The position numbers and the translations under genes were made by a program. A stretch of 61,585 nucleotides of DNA from an uncultured Dehalococcoidia bacterium. Lineage in GTDB: Bacteria; Chloroflexota; Dehalococcoidia; Lucifugimonadales; GCA-2712585. Under the pieces are notes generated by a model that had not been told where the DNA came from, did no database searches, and was given only the letters and a program-made list of their open reading frames with translations. Each line of letters begins with the position of its first letter. The stretch's first letter is position 1. The stretch covers positions 1 to 61,585 of the forward strand of contig CAZPLA010000026.1 of NCBI GenBank assembly GCA_964587385.1, written 5' to 3'. Shown here one piece after another: positions 1 through 9,004 of the stretch.

Positions 1-686
1 GACAATTTAGCCTTCTGCCCCTTGATTGAAGATAATGTGGCTATAAAAGAAGTCGATTCTTTTAACAAAGAAGCCTGAATAGTCCAATATTCTGATGCAG
101 TGAAATTGTCAATTTCTTTTTCGCGATCACATATTAGTCTAAGAGTGACAGATTGAACTCTTCCGGCCGAGAGACCTCTTTGAACCTTTTTCCACAATAA
201 TGGACTTAGTTGATATCCGACTATGCGGTCTAATATACGTCTTGCCTGTTGTGCATTTATTAGGTCATAGTCGAGTTCTCTAGGATGTTCAAAAGCAGAT
301 GCAATAGCTTCTTCAGTAATTTCGTGAAAGGAGACTCTTTTTAGAGTTTTATTAGATTTGTCCCATCCAGTTGCATTAATTAAATGCCATGATATGGCTT
401 CTCCTTCACGATCAGGGTCAGTAGCTAAATAAATTGACCTTGCATCCTTTCCGAGAGCTTTTAATTCTTTGACGATAGAGGCTTTGGGTCTCATAACCGA
501 ATAAGATGGAACAAAACCGTTGTCGATGTCTATCCCCAACTTACCTTTTGGCAGGTCTCTAACATGTCCCAACGAGGCAGCAATCCTATATTTTTTTCCT
601 AAAATACGGGCTATCGTTTTTGCCTTGGCAGGTGATTCTACTACTACCAGGTCAGGAGGAATGGTCTTTTTTGTTTTAGATGCCAT
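1..686 (-). CDS. topA: DNA topoisomerase I, N-terminal part (runs off the window edge; not in the ORF track)
   Basis: Manual reverse translation from ATG at 686 gives MASKTKKTIPPDLVVVESPAKAKTIARILGKKYRIAASLGHVRDLP...IYLATDPDREGEAISWHL, the Toprim motifs of type IA topoisomerases. Confidence 0.96.
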   Translation of the reverse strand, partial: MASKTKKTIPPDLVVVESPAKAKTIARILGKKYRIAASLGHVRDLPKGKLGIDIDNGFVPSYSVMRPKASIVKELKALGKDARSIYLATDPDREGEAISWHLINATGWDKSNKTLKRVSFHEITEEAIASAFEHPRELDYDLINAQQARRILDRIVGYQLSPLLWKKVQRGLSAGRVQSVTLRLICDREKEIDNFTASEYWTIQASLLKESTSFIATLSSIKGQKAKL

Positions 687-918
687 GTTTATGTTCGAAC
701 CCTCAGGGGATGATTGAATCTATTCCGTACCACTACCTTTCTAAAAATACGATATTCCATGATTAATATGCAGTTTTAGCATAGCATAGGGAAGGATGGC
801 TCACAACGGAATTCAGAAACAATGCGAGGGAAAGCATAATTCGGTTAGTTTGAAGTTTCTAGATATTGCATATAGGATTTTGCCTAGGTGCAATCTAAAA
901 ATTGAGGTTCTCATTTCG

Positions 919-1010
919 TGGCGGAGAGGGCGGGATTCGCACCCGCGAGACGAGTCACCCCGCCTCCGCGCTTTCCAGGCGCGACTATTCGTCCACTCTA
1001 GCACCTCTCC
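919..1010 (-). tRNA. tRNA-Ser(GGA), long variable arm, encoded CCA, atypical T-loop TGCGAAT
   Basis: Reverse complement folds with acceptor GGAGAGG/CCTCTCC, anticodon stem CGCGC-CTGGAAA-GCGCG, 8-bp variable arm, T-stem GCGGG/CCCGC and 3' GCCA. Confidence 0.95.
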
Positions 1011-1060
1011 GGGTTTCACCATAGGTCATGTCTATTCTGGCATGTTTGCAAGGCCTAAAT

Positions 1061-1089
1061 AGTATGAAGATACCTTTGATTAGTGTCAA
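1061..1089 (-). promoter_or_regulatory. sigma70-type promoter for tRNA-Ser(GGA)
   Basis: Minus strand TTGACA-17 nt-CATACT about 50 nt upstream of the tRNA. Confidence 0.65.
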
Positions 1090-1218
1090 CGTATCATGCT
1101 AGGTAGGGCACTATTAATTCTTAATTATTGTTAAAGTATTGCCAAATAAGTTTATAGCTGATACAACGAAATTAGCCTGTATGAATAAATATACTGCTGT
1201 TAAATAGGAGGAAACATT

Positions 1219-2343
1219 GTGGTTGAAATAAATAAAAGCAATTCACATCAAATAGAGGATTTAACTGGCATGGCTATGACGGTTAATGGGCCGGTGAATG
1301 GGAATGAACTTGGTTTCACGTTAATGCATGAGCACATGTTTCTTGAATTCTTTAGGCATCAAATTCCAAGGTATAACACACCTGCAACGGAAATACATCT
1401 GTGGAATGAGAAGCTGACATTGGCTAACTTGCATTACCTCAGAGAGGGGAAGGCTATTAAGGATAATCTTATCCTGGTAGATGAAGAGGTTGCTATAAAT
1501 GAGGTCAACTATTTTAAACGGCATGGTGGTAATACTATCGTTGAACTGACAAATGTTGGCATGGGTCGTGACCCGATGGCTTTGAGACGGGTATCCAACG
1601 CGACCGAACTTAAAATCATCATGGGGTCAGGGTGGTATGAAAAACGATATTATCCTGACAATATGGATCAGCTTACCGTTGAATATATGACCGACGAGAT
1701 TATTAGGGATTTAACCATAGGAGTGAATGGCACTGGTATACGTTCCGGAATTATTGGAGAAGTTGGCATAAATGGCAACCCGATTACAATAAATGAAGAA
1801 AAAAGCATTATAGCATCAGGTAGAGCTAGCGTAGCCACTGGAGCTGCCATATCGTTTCATCATGGTGGAACAGGAAAAGAAAGATTTGGTGTTGCAACAA
1901 TGTTAAAGGAAGAGGGGGTAGACCTGACAAGGGTAATTTACGGTCATAGCAATTCATATTGTGGGGATGTTCCTTTTCTTTTGGAATTGTTGGATTTAGG
2001 AGTGTATGTTCAATTTGATACCCTAGGTAGAGTTGGCGCACCGGTTGCTCGAAAAGCTCCAATACCTGGGCCTATAGTTGCTGGGATGCATCAAGTTGCT
2101 ACTGATGTGTTAGTGGCTGAGGCAATTCCTCAATTGATCCAGGCTGGATTTGAGGATCGAATATTATTGTCACAAGATGTATGTAAGAAAGATTGCCTAA
2201 AATCTTATGGAGGTATGGGATATTCTTTTTTGCAGGAAAAATTTCTGCCTTACTTAGTCAATCAGGGTGTTACACAAGAACAAATCAATAAAATGATGGT
2301 CTATAATCCGAGAAGAGTTCTGACTTTTGTTTCACCTAGGTGA
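1219..2343 (+). CDS. Phosphotriesterase-related (PTE/PHP family) metallohydrolase
   Basis: GFTLMHEH metal motif, GIIGEVG (Glu bridging ligand, PHP type), further His ligands and LLSQD; AGGAGG RBS before the GTG start. Confidence 0.9.
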   Translation: MVEINKSNSHQIEDLTGMAMTVNGPVNGNELGFTLMHEHMFLEFFRHQIPRYNTPATEIHLWNEKLTLANLHYLREGKAIKDNLILVDEEVAINEVNYFKRHGGNTIVELTNVGMGRDPMALRRVSNATELKIIMGSGWYEKRYYPDNMDQLTVEYMTDEIIRDLTIGVNGTGIRSGIIGEVGINGNPITINEEKSIIASGRASVATGAAISFHHGGTGKERFGVATMLKEEGVDLTRVIYGHSNSYCGDVPFLLELLDLGVYVQFDTLGRVGAPVARKAPIPGPIVAGMHQVATDVLVAEAIPQLIQAGFEDRILLSQDVCKKDCLKSYGGMGYSFLQEKFLPYLVNQGVTQEQINKMMVYNPRRVLTFVSPR

Positions 2344-2442
2344 TTTACATTTTTCTACAACATTATGGATATTGCTCGTTATGAATAAGCTACTGGTTTT
2401 GGGCAAGGGTGAAAAAATGCGGATAGATGAAAGGAGGTAAAT

Positions 2443-3855
2443 ATGAAAGAGGAACTTCTGAAAACGATGTTATCCGAGATGGATTCATATATCGAAGATG
2501 TTCTTGTGCAGGAGCGGGTTGTAGGCTGTTCTATTGGAGTAGTAAGTGACCAAGAATTGCTTTGGTTCAGAGGGTATGGGTATTCCAATATTGATAAGGA
2601 GACTAGACCTGAGGCACATACTCTATTTAGAGGAGATTCTAATACTAAACCATTCACTGCAATGAGCATTATGCAACTGCGTGATGAAGGGAAGCTAGAT
2701 ATTAATGATCCCGTAATTAACTATATTCCAGAATTTGGTCGGATTGATTGTCGTTATGGCACCATTGAGGATGTTACACTTCGTCGATTATTGACACATA
2801 GGTCCGGACTTCAGGGTGAACCTCCAAGTGAGAGGCCTAGAACAGGAATAGGTCCGACTGAGGTAGAACTGTTAAAGAGCCTCGATGAGATAAGTGTGGT
2901 CATTCCTCCTGATTGGCAGCATAAATATTGCAATTTGGGATTTATGTTACTGGGTATAGTAGTGTCTAGGTTGTCTGGAATGAAATTTGAGGATTACGTA
3001 AACGACCATATATTTCGTCCATTGAATATGACTTCTAGTACGTTTTACCCGGAAGATTCTGATGTCGATAGGGTTATTCAATATTATGGTCCTGAATATC
3101 AGGAAAGGTCTGCTAAGGCAATGCGATTGGATCTTAAATCATGGATACCTGCCGGTGGAATATATTCAAACATAGAGGATATGGCGAAATGGATAGCTCT
3201 TCAATTTAGAACCTATAATGAAACAAGAGGAAACGGGCAAATTCTTAAGGGTTCCTCAATTGAAGAAATGCATCGTCCTCAATACGTGGAATCTGATTGG
3301 AGCAGTGGTTTGTGTATTTCATGGCATGCTCTTCGAAGTGGCGAGAATGTATATTTGGGACATGGGGGAAGTAACGCAGGTTCTCATTCACAAACGTATT
3401 TTAATAAGCGACATAAAGTGGGAGTAATAGTTTTTACTAATTCTGATGGGCATGCTGCTCATAATAAGCTTTCGAAGGCGATAATGGATCGTTGTGTAGA
3501 TGTTCTTGGCAAAGTAAAGGAAAAGCCAACAATTTCCCCAATTACAGCCGCTCCTTCGGAAATGGAACCATTAATTGGCAGATACGCTACGGATCGGCCC
3601 AATAGTGCTATGCGCATTGTGTGGCTAGACGGTACACTTATGATGGTTGATGACGGAGGATTTTTGCCAACTGATTTGGTTTATAAGGGCGGTAGTGGGA
3701 CTCCGGCTCACTTGGATCCTACTAATAACTCTAATGTGTTCATAGCACGAGAGGGAAGATTGGCCGGAGAGACTATTAGTTTTGAACTTGGCACAGACGG
3801 CAGAGTGATAACTTGCACTATGCAGACTGGGACGATTTATAGAAGGATTAAATGA
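2443..3855 (+). CDS. Serine hydrolase, beta-lactamase class C/AmpC-like family, with C-terminal extension
   Basis: SxxK (DSNTK), LLTHRSG, YxN (KYCN) and GHGG motifs; AAGGAGG RBS; no signal peptide. Confidence 0.9.
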   Translation: MKEELLKTMLSEMDSYIEDVLVQERVVGCSIGVVSDQELLWFRGYGYSNIDKETRPEAHTLFRGDSNTKPFTAMSIMQLRDEGKLDINDPVINYIPEFGRIDCRYGTIEDVTLRRLLTHRSGLQGEPPSERPRTGIGPTEVELLKSLDEISVVIPPDWQHKYCNLGFMLLGIVVSRLSGMKFEDYVNDHIFRPLNMTSSTFYPEDSDVDRVIQYYGPEYQERSAKAMRLDLKSWIPAGGIYSNIEDMAKWIALQFRTYNETRGNGQILKGSSIEEMHRPQYVESDWSSGLCISWHALRSGENVYLGHGGSNAGSHSQTYFNKRHKVGVIVFTNSDGHAAHNKLSKAIMDRCVDVLGKVKEKPTISPITAAPSEMEPLIGRYATDRPNSAMRIVWLDGTLMMVDDGGFLPTDLVYKGGSGTPAHLDPTNNSNVFIAREGRLAGETISFELGTDGRVITCTMQTGTIYRRIK

Positions 3856-3917
3856 GAAAAAATAATTTGAAAATTGACGGCTTGAGCACATATGATTGAT
3901 TGCTTCGTTGATTTGAT

Positions 3918-4193
3918 ATGAGGTTCTTGGGAATACCGGTGCAATTTGCATCTGTATTGATAATAAGTTTGCTATTAACTGTTTACCTGGGCGCGTGGTC
4001 TGCTCAGACAAGAGTAGAGGAAAGAACTTATAATGCTGTAGTTGCTCGCGATGCTCAATTGCTATTGGGGAATCCCAGTATGACTTTTCCCAGGACCACT
4101 TCTGCTAACTCGTTTTCTTTAAATCAGGAGCAACTTGTGGTGGAAAAAGAGTGGTGGGAAAATACGACTCTGTTTTTATGCCCATTACATTAG
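3918..4193 (+). CDS. Small hypothetical membrane-anchored protein ending WW...FLCPLH
   Basis: 91-aa ORF filling the gap, with an N-terminal hydrophobic helix; stop lies 30 bp upstream of the MFS gene. Confidence 0.7.
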   Translation: MRFLGIPVQFASVLIISLLLTVYLGAWSAQTRVEERTYNAVVARDAQLLLGNPSMTFPRTTSANSFSLNQEQLVVEKEWWENTTLFLCPLH

Positions 4194-4223
4194 TGCGAAA
4201 TAATCAGCAATCTATGGGGTTTC

Positions 4224-5531
4224 ATGAAAATCTTCTCTGGTAAATCAAACAATAACAAGATGTCTGGAGCAAACAGGACATTCTATTTCCACTATGCTTG
4301 GGTAATAGTGGCGATAATAGCCGTCATGCAAATGGTGGGGGCCTCTGTCCGAATGGCCTTTGGGGTGTTTATAGAACCTATGAGTGAAGGGTTTGGTTGG
4401 AGTCACGGTTCTATTACTCTCTCTTATGCAATATCTCATGTAATATCTGCTCTTGCTTCACCTTGGGCAGGTAGGTTCGGTGATAGGCATGGTGCTCGAC
4501 GTGCAATGTTGCTTGGATGTGGGTTGTTTATAATTGGGATGGTTCTAACTGGAATGGCCAAAGAGTTGTGGCATATATATGCGTCTTTTGGAATATTGAT
4601 AGGAATTTCTGAGGCCTTATTTTTGGTTCCCCTGATTCCGGCAGCTATGCTATGGTTTCGACGTCACCTTGGATGGGGGATGGGTGTTTTAATGCTTGGT
4701 TGGGGATTAGGGCCGGCGGTGTCAGCTCCTTTAATGGGTTATATGATAGTGAGGTTAGGCTGGCAATGGACCTTTTGGGTTACTGCTGGAGTTTCATTTT
4801 TTATAATGACGTTGATGATTTACTTTTTTAAAAATAAGCCATCAGATATGGGGTTAATTCCATATGGTTCCCATAGAGATGATATTCCAGAAAGTGTTGT
4901 AAATATTGATAAAGATAAAGTCCGTGTTTTTACTAAATATATCAGTAAGACTAGCGCGTATTGGAACATGAGTTCAATTCACTTTTTGGGCTGTGTAGGT
5001 CATGCTGTAATTCTTGTATATTTAATTCCTATTGCATTGGAAGAAGGAATTTCTTTGGTGATGGCGGCGAGTCTATTAACTGTAATGTCAGGGGTTAGTG
5101 TTGTGACCAGGTTAGCTACCCCTGTTTTGGCCGATAGCCATGGGCCTAAAATGGTGATGTTCTGGTTCTATTTTATCCAAGGCTGCACGGTTCTTATGTT
5201 ATTTTGGACTCATGACATATATGCATTTTATGTATTTGCGGTTGCTTTTGGCATAGGTTATGGAGGTGAAACCGGTGGATTCCCGATACTAAACCGAAAG
5301 TATTATGGACATGCGCCAGTAGGTTCCGCCCACGGTTTCCAAATGCTCGGAGCTGGCTTAGGAATGGCTTTGGGTGGATGGATAGGTGGTGTTTTATATG
5401 ACATATACGGAACTTATGATTTAGCATTAGCAGTGTCCGTGTTAGCAAGTATTGCTGGTGCTATAAGTATACTGTTATTGGAATCTACTAATAAACTTCT
5501 CATACCGGATTGGGAAACGACAAACGCGTAG
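4224..5531 (+). CDS. MFS transporter (OFA/MCT-like, 12 TM)
   Basis: Motif A GRFGDRHGARR, WFRRHLG, YAWVIV N-terminus and GGVLYDIYGTY. Confidence 0.92.
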   Translation: MKIFSGKSNNNKMSGANRTFYFHYAWVIVAIIAVMQMVGASVRMAFGVFIEPMSEGFGWSHGSITLSYAISHVISALASPWAGRFGDRHGARRAMLLGCGLFIIGMVLTGMAKELWHIYASFGILIGISEALFLVPLIPAAMLWFRRHLGWGMGVLMLGWGLGPAVSAPLMGYMIVRLGWQWTFWVTAGVSFFIMTLMIYFFKNKPSDMGLIPYGSHRDDIPESVVNIDKDKVRVFTKYISKTSAYWNMSSIHFLGCVGHAVILVYLIPIALEEGISLVMAASLLTVMSGVSVVTRLATPVLADSHGPKMVMFWFYFIQGCTVLMLFWTHDIYAFYVFAVAFGIGYGGETGGFPILNRKYYGHAPVGSAHGFQMLGAGLGMALGGWIGGVLYDIYGTYDLALAVSVLASIAGAISILLLESTNKLLIPDWETTNA

Positions 5532-5615
5532 TAGAGTAAATCTGCTGCGATGATTTCCATAGATTATTTAATTGCTTAAATTGTTATATAAGCTAACGCT
5601 GCCATACTCCTAAAT

Positions 5616-5644
5616 TTGCATTGTTTCTAGCCGGTATGTATACT
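5616..5644 (+). promoter_or_regulatory. sigma70-type promoter of the TetR-ABC operon
   Basis: TTGCAT-17 nt-TATACT. Confidence 0.65.
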
Positions 5645-5654
5645 CCGGTTAGAA

Positions 5655-5676
5655 TGTAAGTAAGTCATTACTTACA
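5655..5676. promoter_or_regulatory. Probable TetR operator (perfect 9-bp inverted repeat)
   Basis: TGTAAGTAA-gtca-TTACTTACA just downstream of the -10 box and upstream of the TetR gene. Confidence 0.75.
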
Positions 5677-5697
5677 AATAATCTAGGCAAGTGCTTC

Positions 5698-6354
5698 TTG
5701 ATAACTGCAGGGCGACAGCGCCATTATATTAGACAAATACAGATCTTGGCTGCGGTCAGAAGAATCGTTAGCAACTATGGATTGGAGAGGTTAACCATCC
5801 ATGATATAGCTAGAGAGATAGGTGTTACCGAAGGTGCTATTTATCGCCACTTCCGAAGTAAACGAGAAATACTTGACTATGTTATTGAGGCATGGAAGGA
5901 AACCCTTATGGGAGCTTTACCTGACGTGGGATTCGATCATGTTTCTCCAATAGATGATTTGCGTAATTCCTTTTTGGAACAGCTCAGTGATGTAGAGGAA
6001 TATAGAGGATTAGCTTTCGCTGTAGTAGCGGAATCAATGATTATGCATGGTGCTGGAGTAGGAGCACAGATAGCAGGGGTCATACGGGAATATATGGACC
6101 GTATTAAATCAATTCTTCATCGTGGGGTAGAAGATGGGAGTATTCGCAAAGACCTAGACATAGAAACCGCGTCTATTATGTTTTTAGGACTGGTTCAGAC
6201 TACGGCTAGACTCTGGTCGTTGGGGCATTTCCGTGATGGTATATCTAAGCATGCCAATTCTGCTTGGGGATTGTATCTTGGAGCTATATCGACGAAAGAG
6301 AATTCTTCGCCGAACAATTTGGTTCCTACTATGTTTATAGAGAGAGAAGAATAA
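5698..6354 (+). CDS. TetR/AcrR family transcriptional regulator
   Basis: HTH LTIHDIAREIGVTEGAIYRHFRSKREIL; TTG start. Confidence 0.93.
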   Translation: MITAGRQRHYIRQIQILAAVRRIVSNYGLERLTIHDIAREIGVTEGAIYRHFRSKREILDYVIEAWKETLMGALPDVGFDHVSPIDDLRNSFLEQLSDVEEYRGLAFAVVAESMIMHGAGVGAQIAGVIREYMDRIKSILHRGVEDGSIRKDLDIETASIMFLGLVQTTARLWSLGHFRDGISKHANSAWGLYLGAISTKENSSPNNLVPTMFIEREE

Positions 6355-6386
6355 AGAATAGAACTTAATTAGGTAGAGGAGGAGTA

Positions 6387-7943
6387 ATGCTGGAAAAGAA
6401 GATGAGACCTCGGTTTTTCACACGAGGTATTTGGTACACATTTGGACTTTTAATGATATTAGTCCTGGGTATTACCGCTTGCGGTGATTCCGCAAAATCG
6501 GGAGGCTCGCTTAAAGTAGGGATGTTATCGGATCACGTTACATTCGACCCTCCATTAGTTTTGGGGATGCCGGACATTTATACGGCCGTGCATGCCTATG
6601 ATGTGCTAGTTTTCAGGGATCCTGACATGAGTCTTAGTCCTGGATTAGCAGAGTCATGGGAGACTAATGCAGATGCATCGCATTGGACTTTTAATTTGCG
6701 AAAAGGAGTCCATTTTAACAGTTATGAAAACGGACAGGTTGTTCAAGGCAAAGAATTTAAGTCTGAAGATGTCATATTTAGCATAAACAGGATTTTTGAG
6801 GTCGAATCACCTATAGCTGGAACTTTGGTTAAACCTGAAGCTATGATAGCGGTAGATGATTACACAATACGAATGGAGTTTGATGGACCTAATGCACCGC
6901 TATTAGATGCATTGGTAAAATATGCCGTACAGATGACTCCTTCTAACATTGACCCAGACCTTTTTAAAACTAGGACATTTGGAAGTGGTGCTTTCATAGT
7001 GACAGAACACATTGTCGGTGAACGAACAAGCTTCGTTAAAAACCCGGACTATTGGAATAAACCATATCCTTTGGCAGATGAAATGGTCTTTGTGTTTTTG
7101 CCAAGCCCTGAGGCTAGAGCAGAGGCTCTAAAAGCTGGAATAATTGATGTAATTGCAGATCTGGATGCTACTAGTATTCCTGGTTTGGAAAGTCATCCTG
7201 ACACTGCAGTTTTGGAGGCTCCGAGCGGTGGTTATATGAACCTTGCTATGAATGTAACCCAAGCTCCTTTCGATAATAAAAAAGTGCGGCAAGCAATACA
7301 GGCGGCAACTGATAGAAACGCCGTTATACAAGGTGCACAGTTTGGTAAGGGTTCAATTGGTTACGACCATCCGGTTGTCCCAACTGACCCTGTGTTCAAT
7401 GAAAATTGTGTGCCCCCAGATTACGATCCTGAGTTAGCTAAGAGCTTACTTAAGGAAGCGGGTTATCCGGATGGCATTGATCTGACTTTACACACTTCTA
7501 CGGCAGGGGCTTCGATGGTAGAAATGGCCACTGTCTTAAAAGAGAGCTTTAGACCTGCAGGTATTAATTTAGAGATAGTAGTTATGCCTGAAGATGGTTA
7601 TTGGGCGGAAGGTTGGATGGTCAAACCGTTTGTTACAGTTTGGTGGGGAGGAAGACCTCCTTACGAGGGATTCAGCGTAGTATATAGAGGTGGTGGTTCT
7701 TGGAACGAGACCTTCTATGCTGACGATAGAGTAGATGCTTTATTGGATGAAGCATTAGGCGCAGCCAGTCTTGAGGATCAGAAGAGAATCTATGGGGAAC
7801 TCCAATGCATAGTTGTAGAGGAGGTTCCTCGTGTTGTCGTAGCCTTTAGACCGGTCACTTTAGGTGTTAGGAATGACGTAATGGATGCCGTTCCAATGTG
7901 GGACGCCACCATAGATATGCGCAGGGTTTGGTTGGACAGATAG
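6387..7943 (+). CDS. ABC transporter substrate-binding lipoprotein, family 5 (Opp/Dpp/Nik)
   Basis: Lipobox ITAC; PGLAESWE...WTFNLRKGV, KVRQAI and YDPELAKSLLKEAG. Confidence 0.95.
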   Translation: MLEKKMRPRFFTRGIWYTFGLLMILVLGITACGDSAKSGGSLKVGMLSDHVTFDPPLVLGMPDIYTAVHAYDVLVFRDPDMSLSPGLAESWETNADASHWTFNLRKGVHFNSYENGQVVQGKEFKSEDVIFSINRIFEVESPIAGTLVKPEAMIAVDDYTIRMEFDGPNAPLLDALVKYAVQMTPSNIDPDLFKTRTFGSGAFIVTEHIVGERTSFVKNPDYWNKPYPLADEMVFVFLPSPEARAEALKAGIIDVIADLDATSIPGLESHPDTAVLEAPSGGYMNLAMNVTQAPFDNKKVRQAIQAATDRNAVIQGAQFGKGSIGYDHPVVPTDPVFNENCVPPDYDPELAKSLLKEAGYPDGIDLTLHTSTAGASMVEMATVLKESFRPAGINLEIVVMPEDGYWAEGWMVKPFVTVWWGGRPPYEGFSVVYRGGGSWNETFYADDRVDALLDEALGAASLEDQKRIYGELQCIVVEEVPRVVVAFRPVTLGVRNDVMDAVPMWDATIDMRRVWLDR

Positions 7944-7946
7944 AAT

Positions 7947-8025
7947 CCTACAAAATTAATTTGTAGGTTAGGCCAACCACAAATAAAGTAGATATAGCTT
8001 GAGGGGCCCTCTGCGGCCCCTCAAG
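7947..8025 (+). terminator. Two intercistronic hairpins after the SBP gene (partial terminator or mRNA stabiliser)
   Basis: CCTACAAA-attaa-TTTGTAGG (7947-7967) and CTTGAGGGGCC-ctctgc-GGCCCCTCAAG (7998-8025). Confidence 0.7.
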
Positions 8026-8059
8026 TAGTTTATAAGTGTATCAACCAAGGAGGCACGTT

Positions 8060-9004
8060 CTGGCTAGATACCTTGTTCGACGCATCAGTCTTATTGTAAT
8101 CACTTTAATGGTGATATCTTTCGCTATATTTGCCGTGGTAGAAGTTTTACCAGGTGATGTGGCAAAAATGATGTTAAAGCAGACTGCTACAGAAGAATCC
8201 TTACATCGCATTAGGGAAGAGTTGGGTTTGTATAGGCCTTGGTACCAGCGGTACTTTGAATGGATGATTGGGGTATTTCAGGGAGATTTTGGGAACTCAT
8301 ATGTGATGGGTGTTCCGGTTACTGAAGTTGTAGGAAGAAAGATTATACACTCAGTTTCACTTGCTCTTTTTGCTTTAATTTTTGGAATTCCGTTTGCGGT
8401 TATTATGGGTATTTGGGCAGGAATGAAGCCTGACGGTCTAGCTGATAGAACCATGACAGTTGTTGGGATGGTGGGAATTTCTTTGCCAGAATTTGTGACT
8501 GGCGTTCTTTTCATGCTAATTATCGGCTCTTGGCTAGGCTGGCTTCCACCATCCAGTATAATGCTACCCGGTGAGAATCCATGGTCGCGTCCGGAGATTC
8601 TCGTTATGCCGGCTTTAACATTAACTGTTGTAATGTTCGCTTATATCATGCGCATGACTAGGGCTAATGTGATTGACGTGATGCAATCTCCGTATGTTAG
8701 GACTGCTATTTTAAAAGGTATTCCAATGAGACAGGTAATCCGTAGGCACGTTCTGCCGAATTCTATGCTCCCAACTATTACAATAATAGCAGCCAATTTG
8801 GGTTATATGTTGGGTGGTTTGATTATAGTGGAGAATGTATTCGCATACCCGGGATTGGGCCAACTGCTTTTATGGGCTATTCAGCAAAGGGACTTTCCTT
8901 TATTAGAGAGCTTGGTGTTAATAATTGCCGGAACCTACGCAATTAGTAATTTGATAGCAGATCTTAGTTACGCTGCTTTAGATCCCAGGATAAGAGTAGG
9001 TTAA
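8060..9004 (+). CDS. ABC permease (OppB/DppB-like); probable CTG start at 8060 (ORF track uses GTG 8036)
   Basis: EAA-like YVRTAILKG and DPRIR end; AAGGAGG (8047-8053) lies 6 nt before CTG-GCT-AGA-TAC (MARYLVRR). Confidence 0.92.
   Translation: MARYLVRRISLIVITLMVISFAIFAVVEVLPGDVAKMMLKQTATEESLHRIREELGLYRPWYQRYFEWMIGVFQGDFGNSYVMGVPVTEVVGRKIIHSVSLALFALIFGIPFAVIMGIWAGMKPDGLADRTMTVVGMVGISLPEFVTGVLFMLIIGSWLGWLPPSSIMLPGENPWSRPEILVMPALTLTVVMFAYIMRMTRANVIDVMQSPYVRTAILKGIPMRQVIRRHVLPNSMLPTITIIAANLGYMLGGLIIVENVFAYPGLGQLLLWAIQQRDFPLLESLVLIIAGTYAISNLIADLSYAALDPRIRVG

Noticed and set aside
520-717. 65-aa plus-strand ORF
   Set aside because: It is antisense to topA.
796-1062. ORF-track ORFs 796..1062 (+) and 813..1022 (-)
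   Set aside because: They overlap tRNA-Ser(GGA) and are shadow ORFs.
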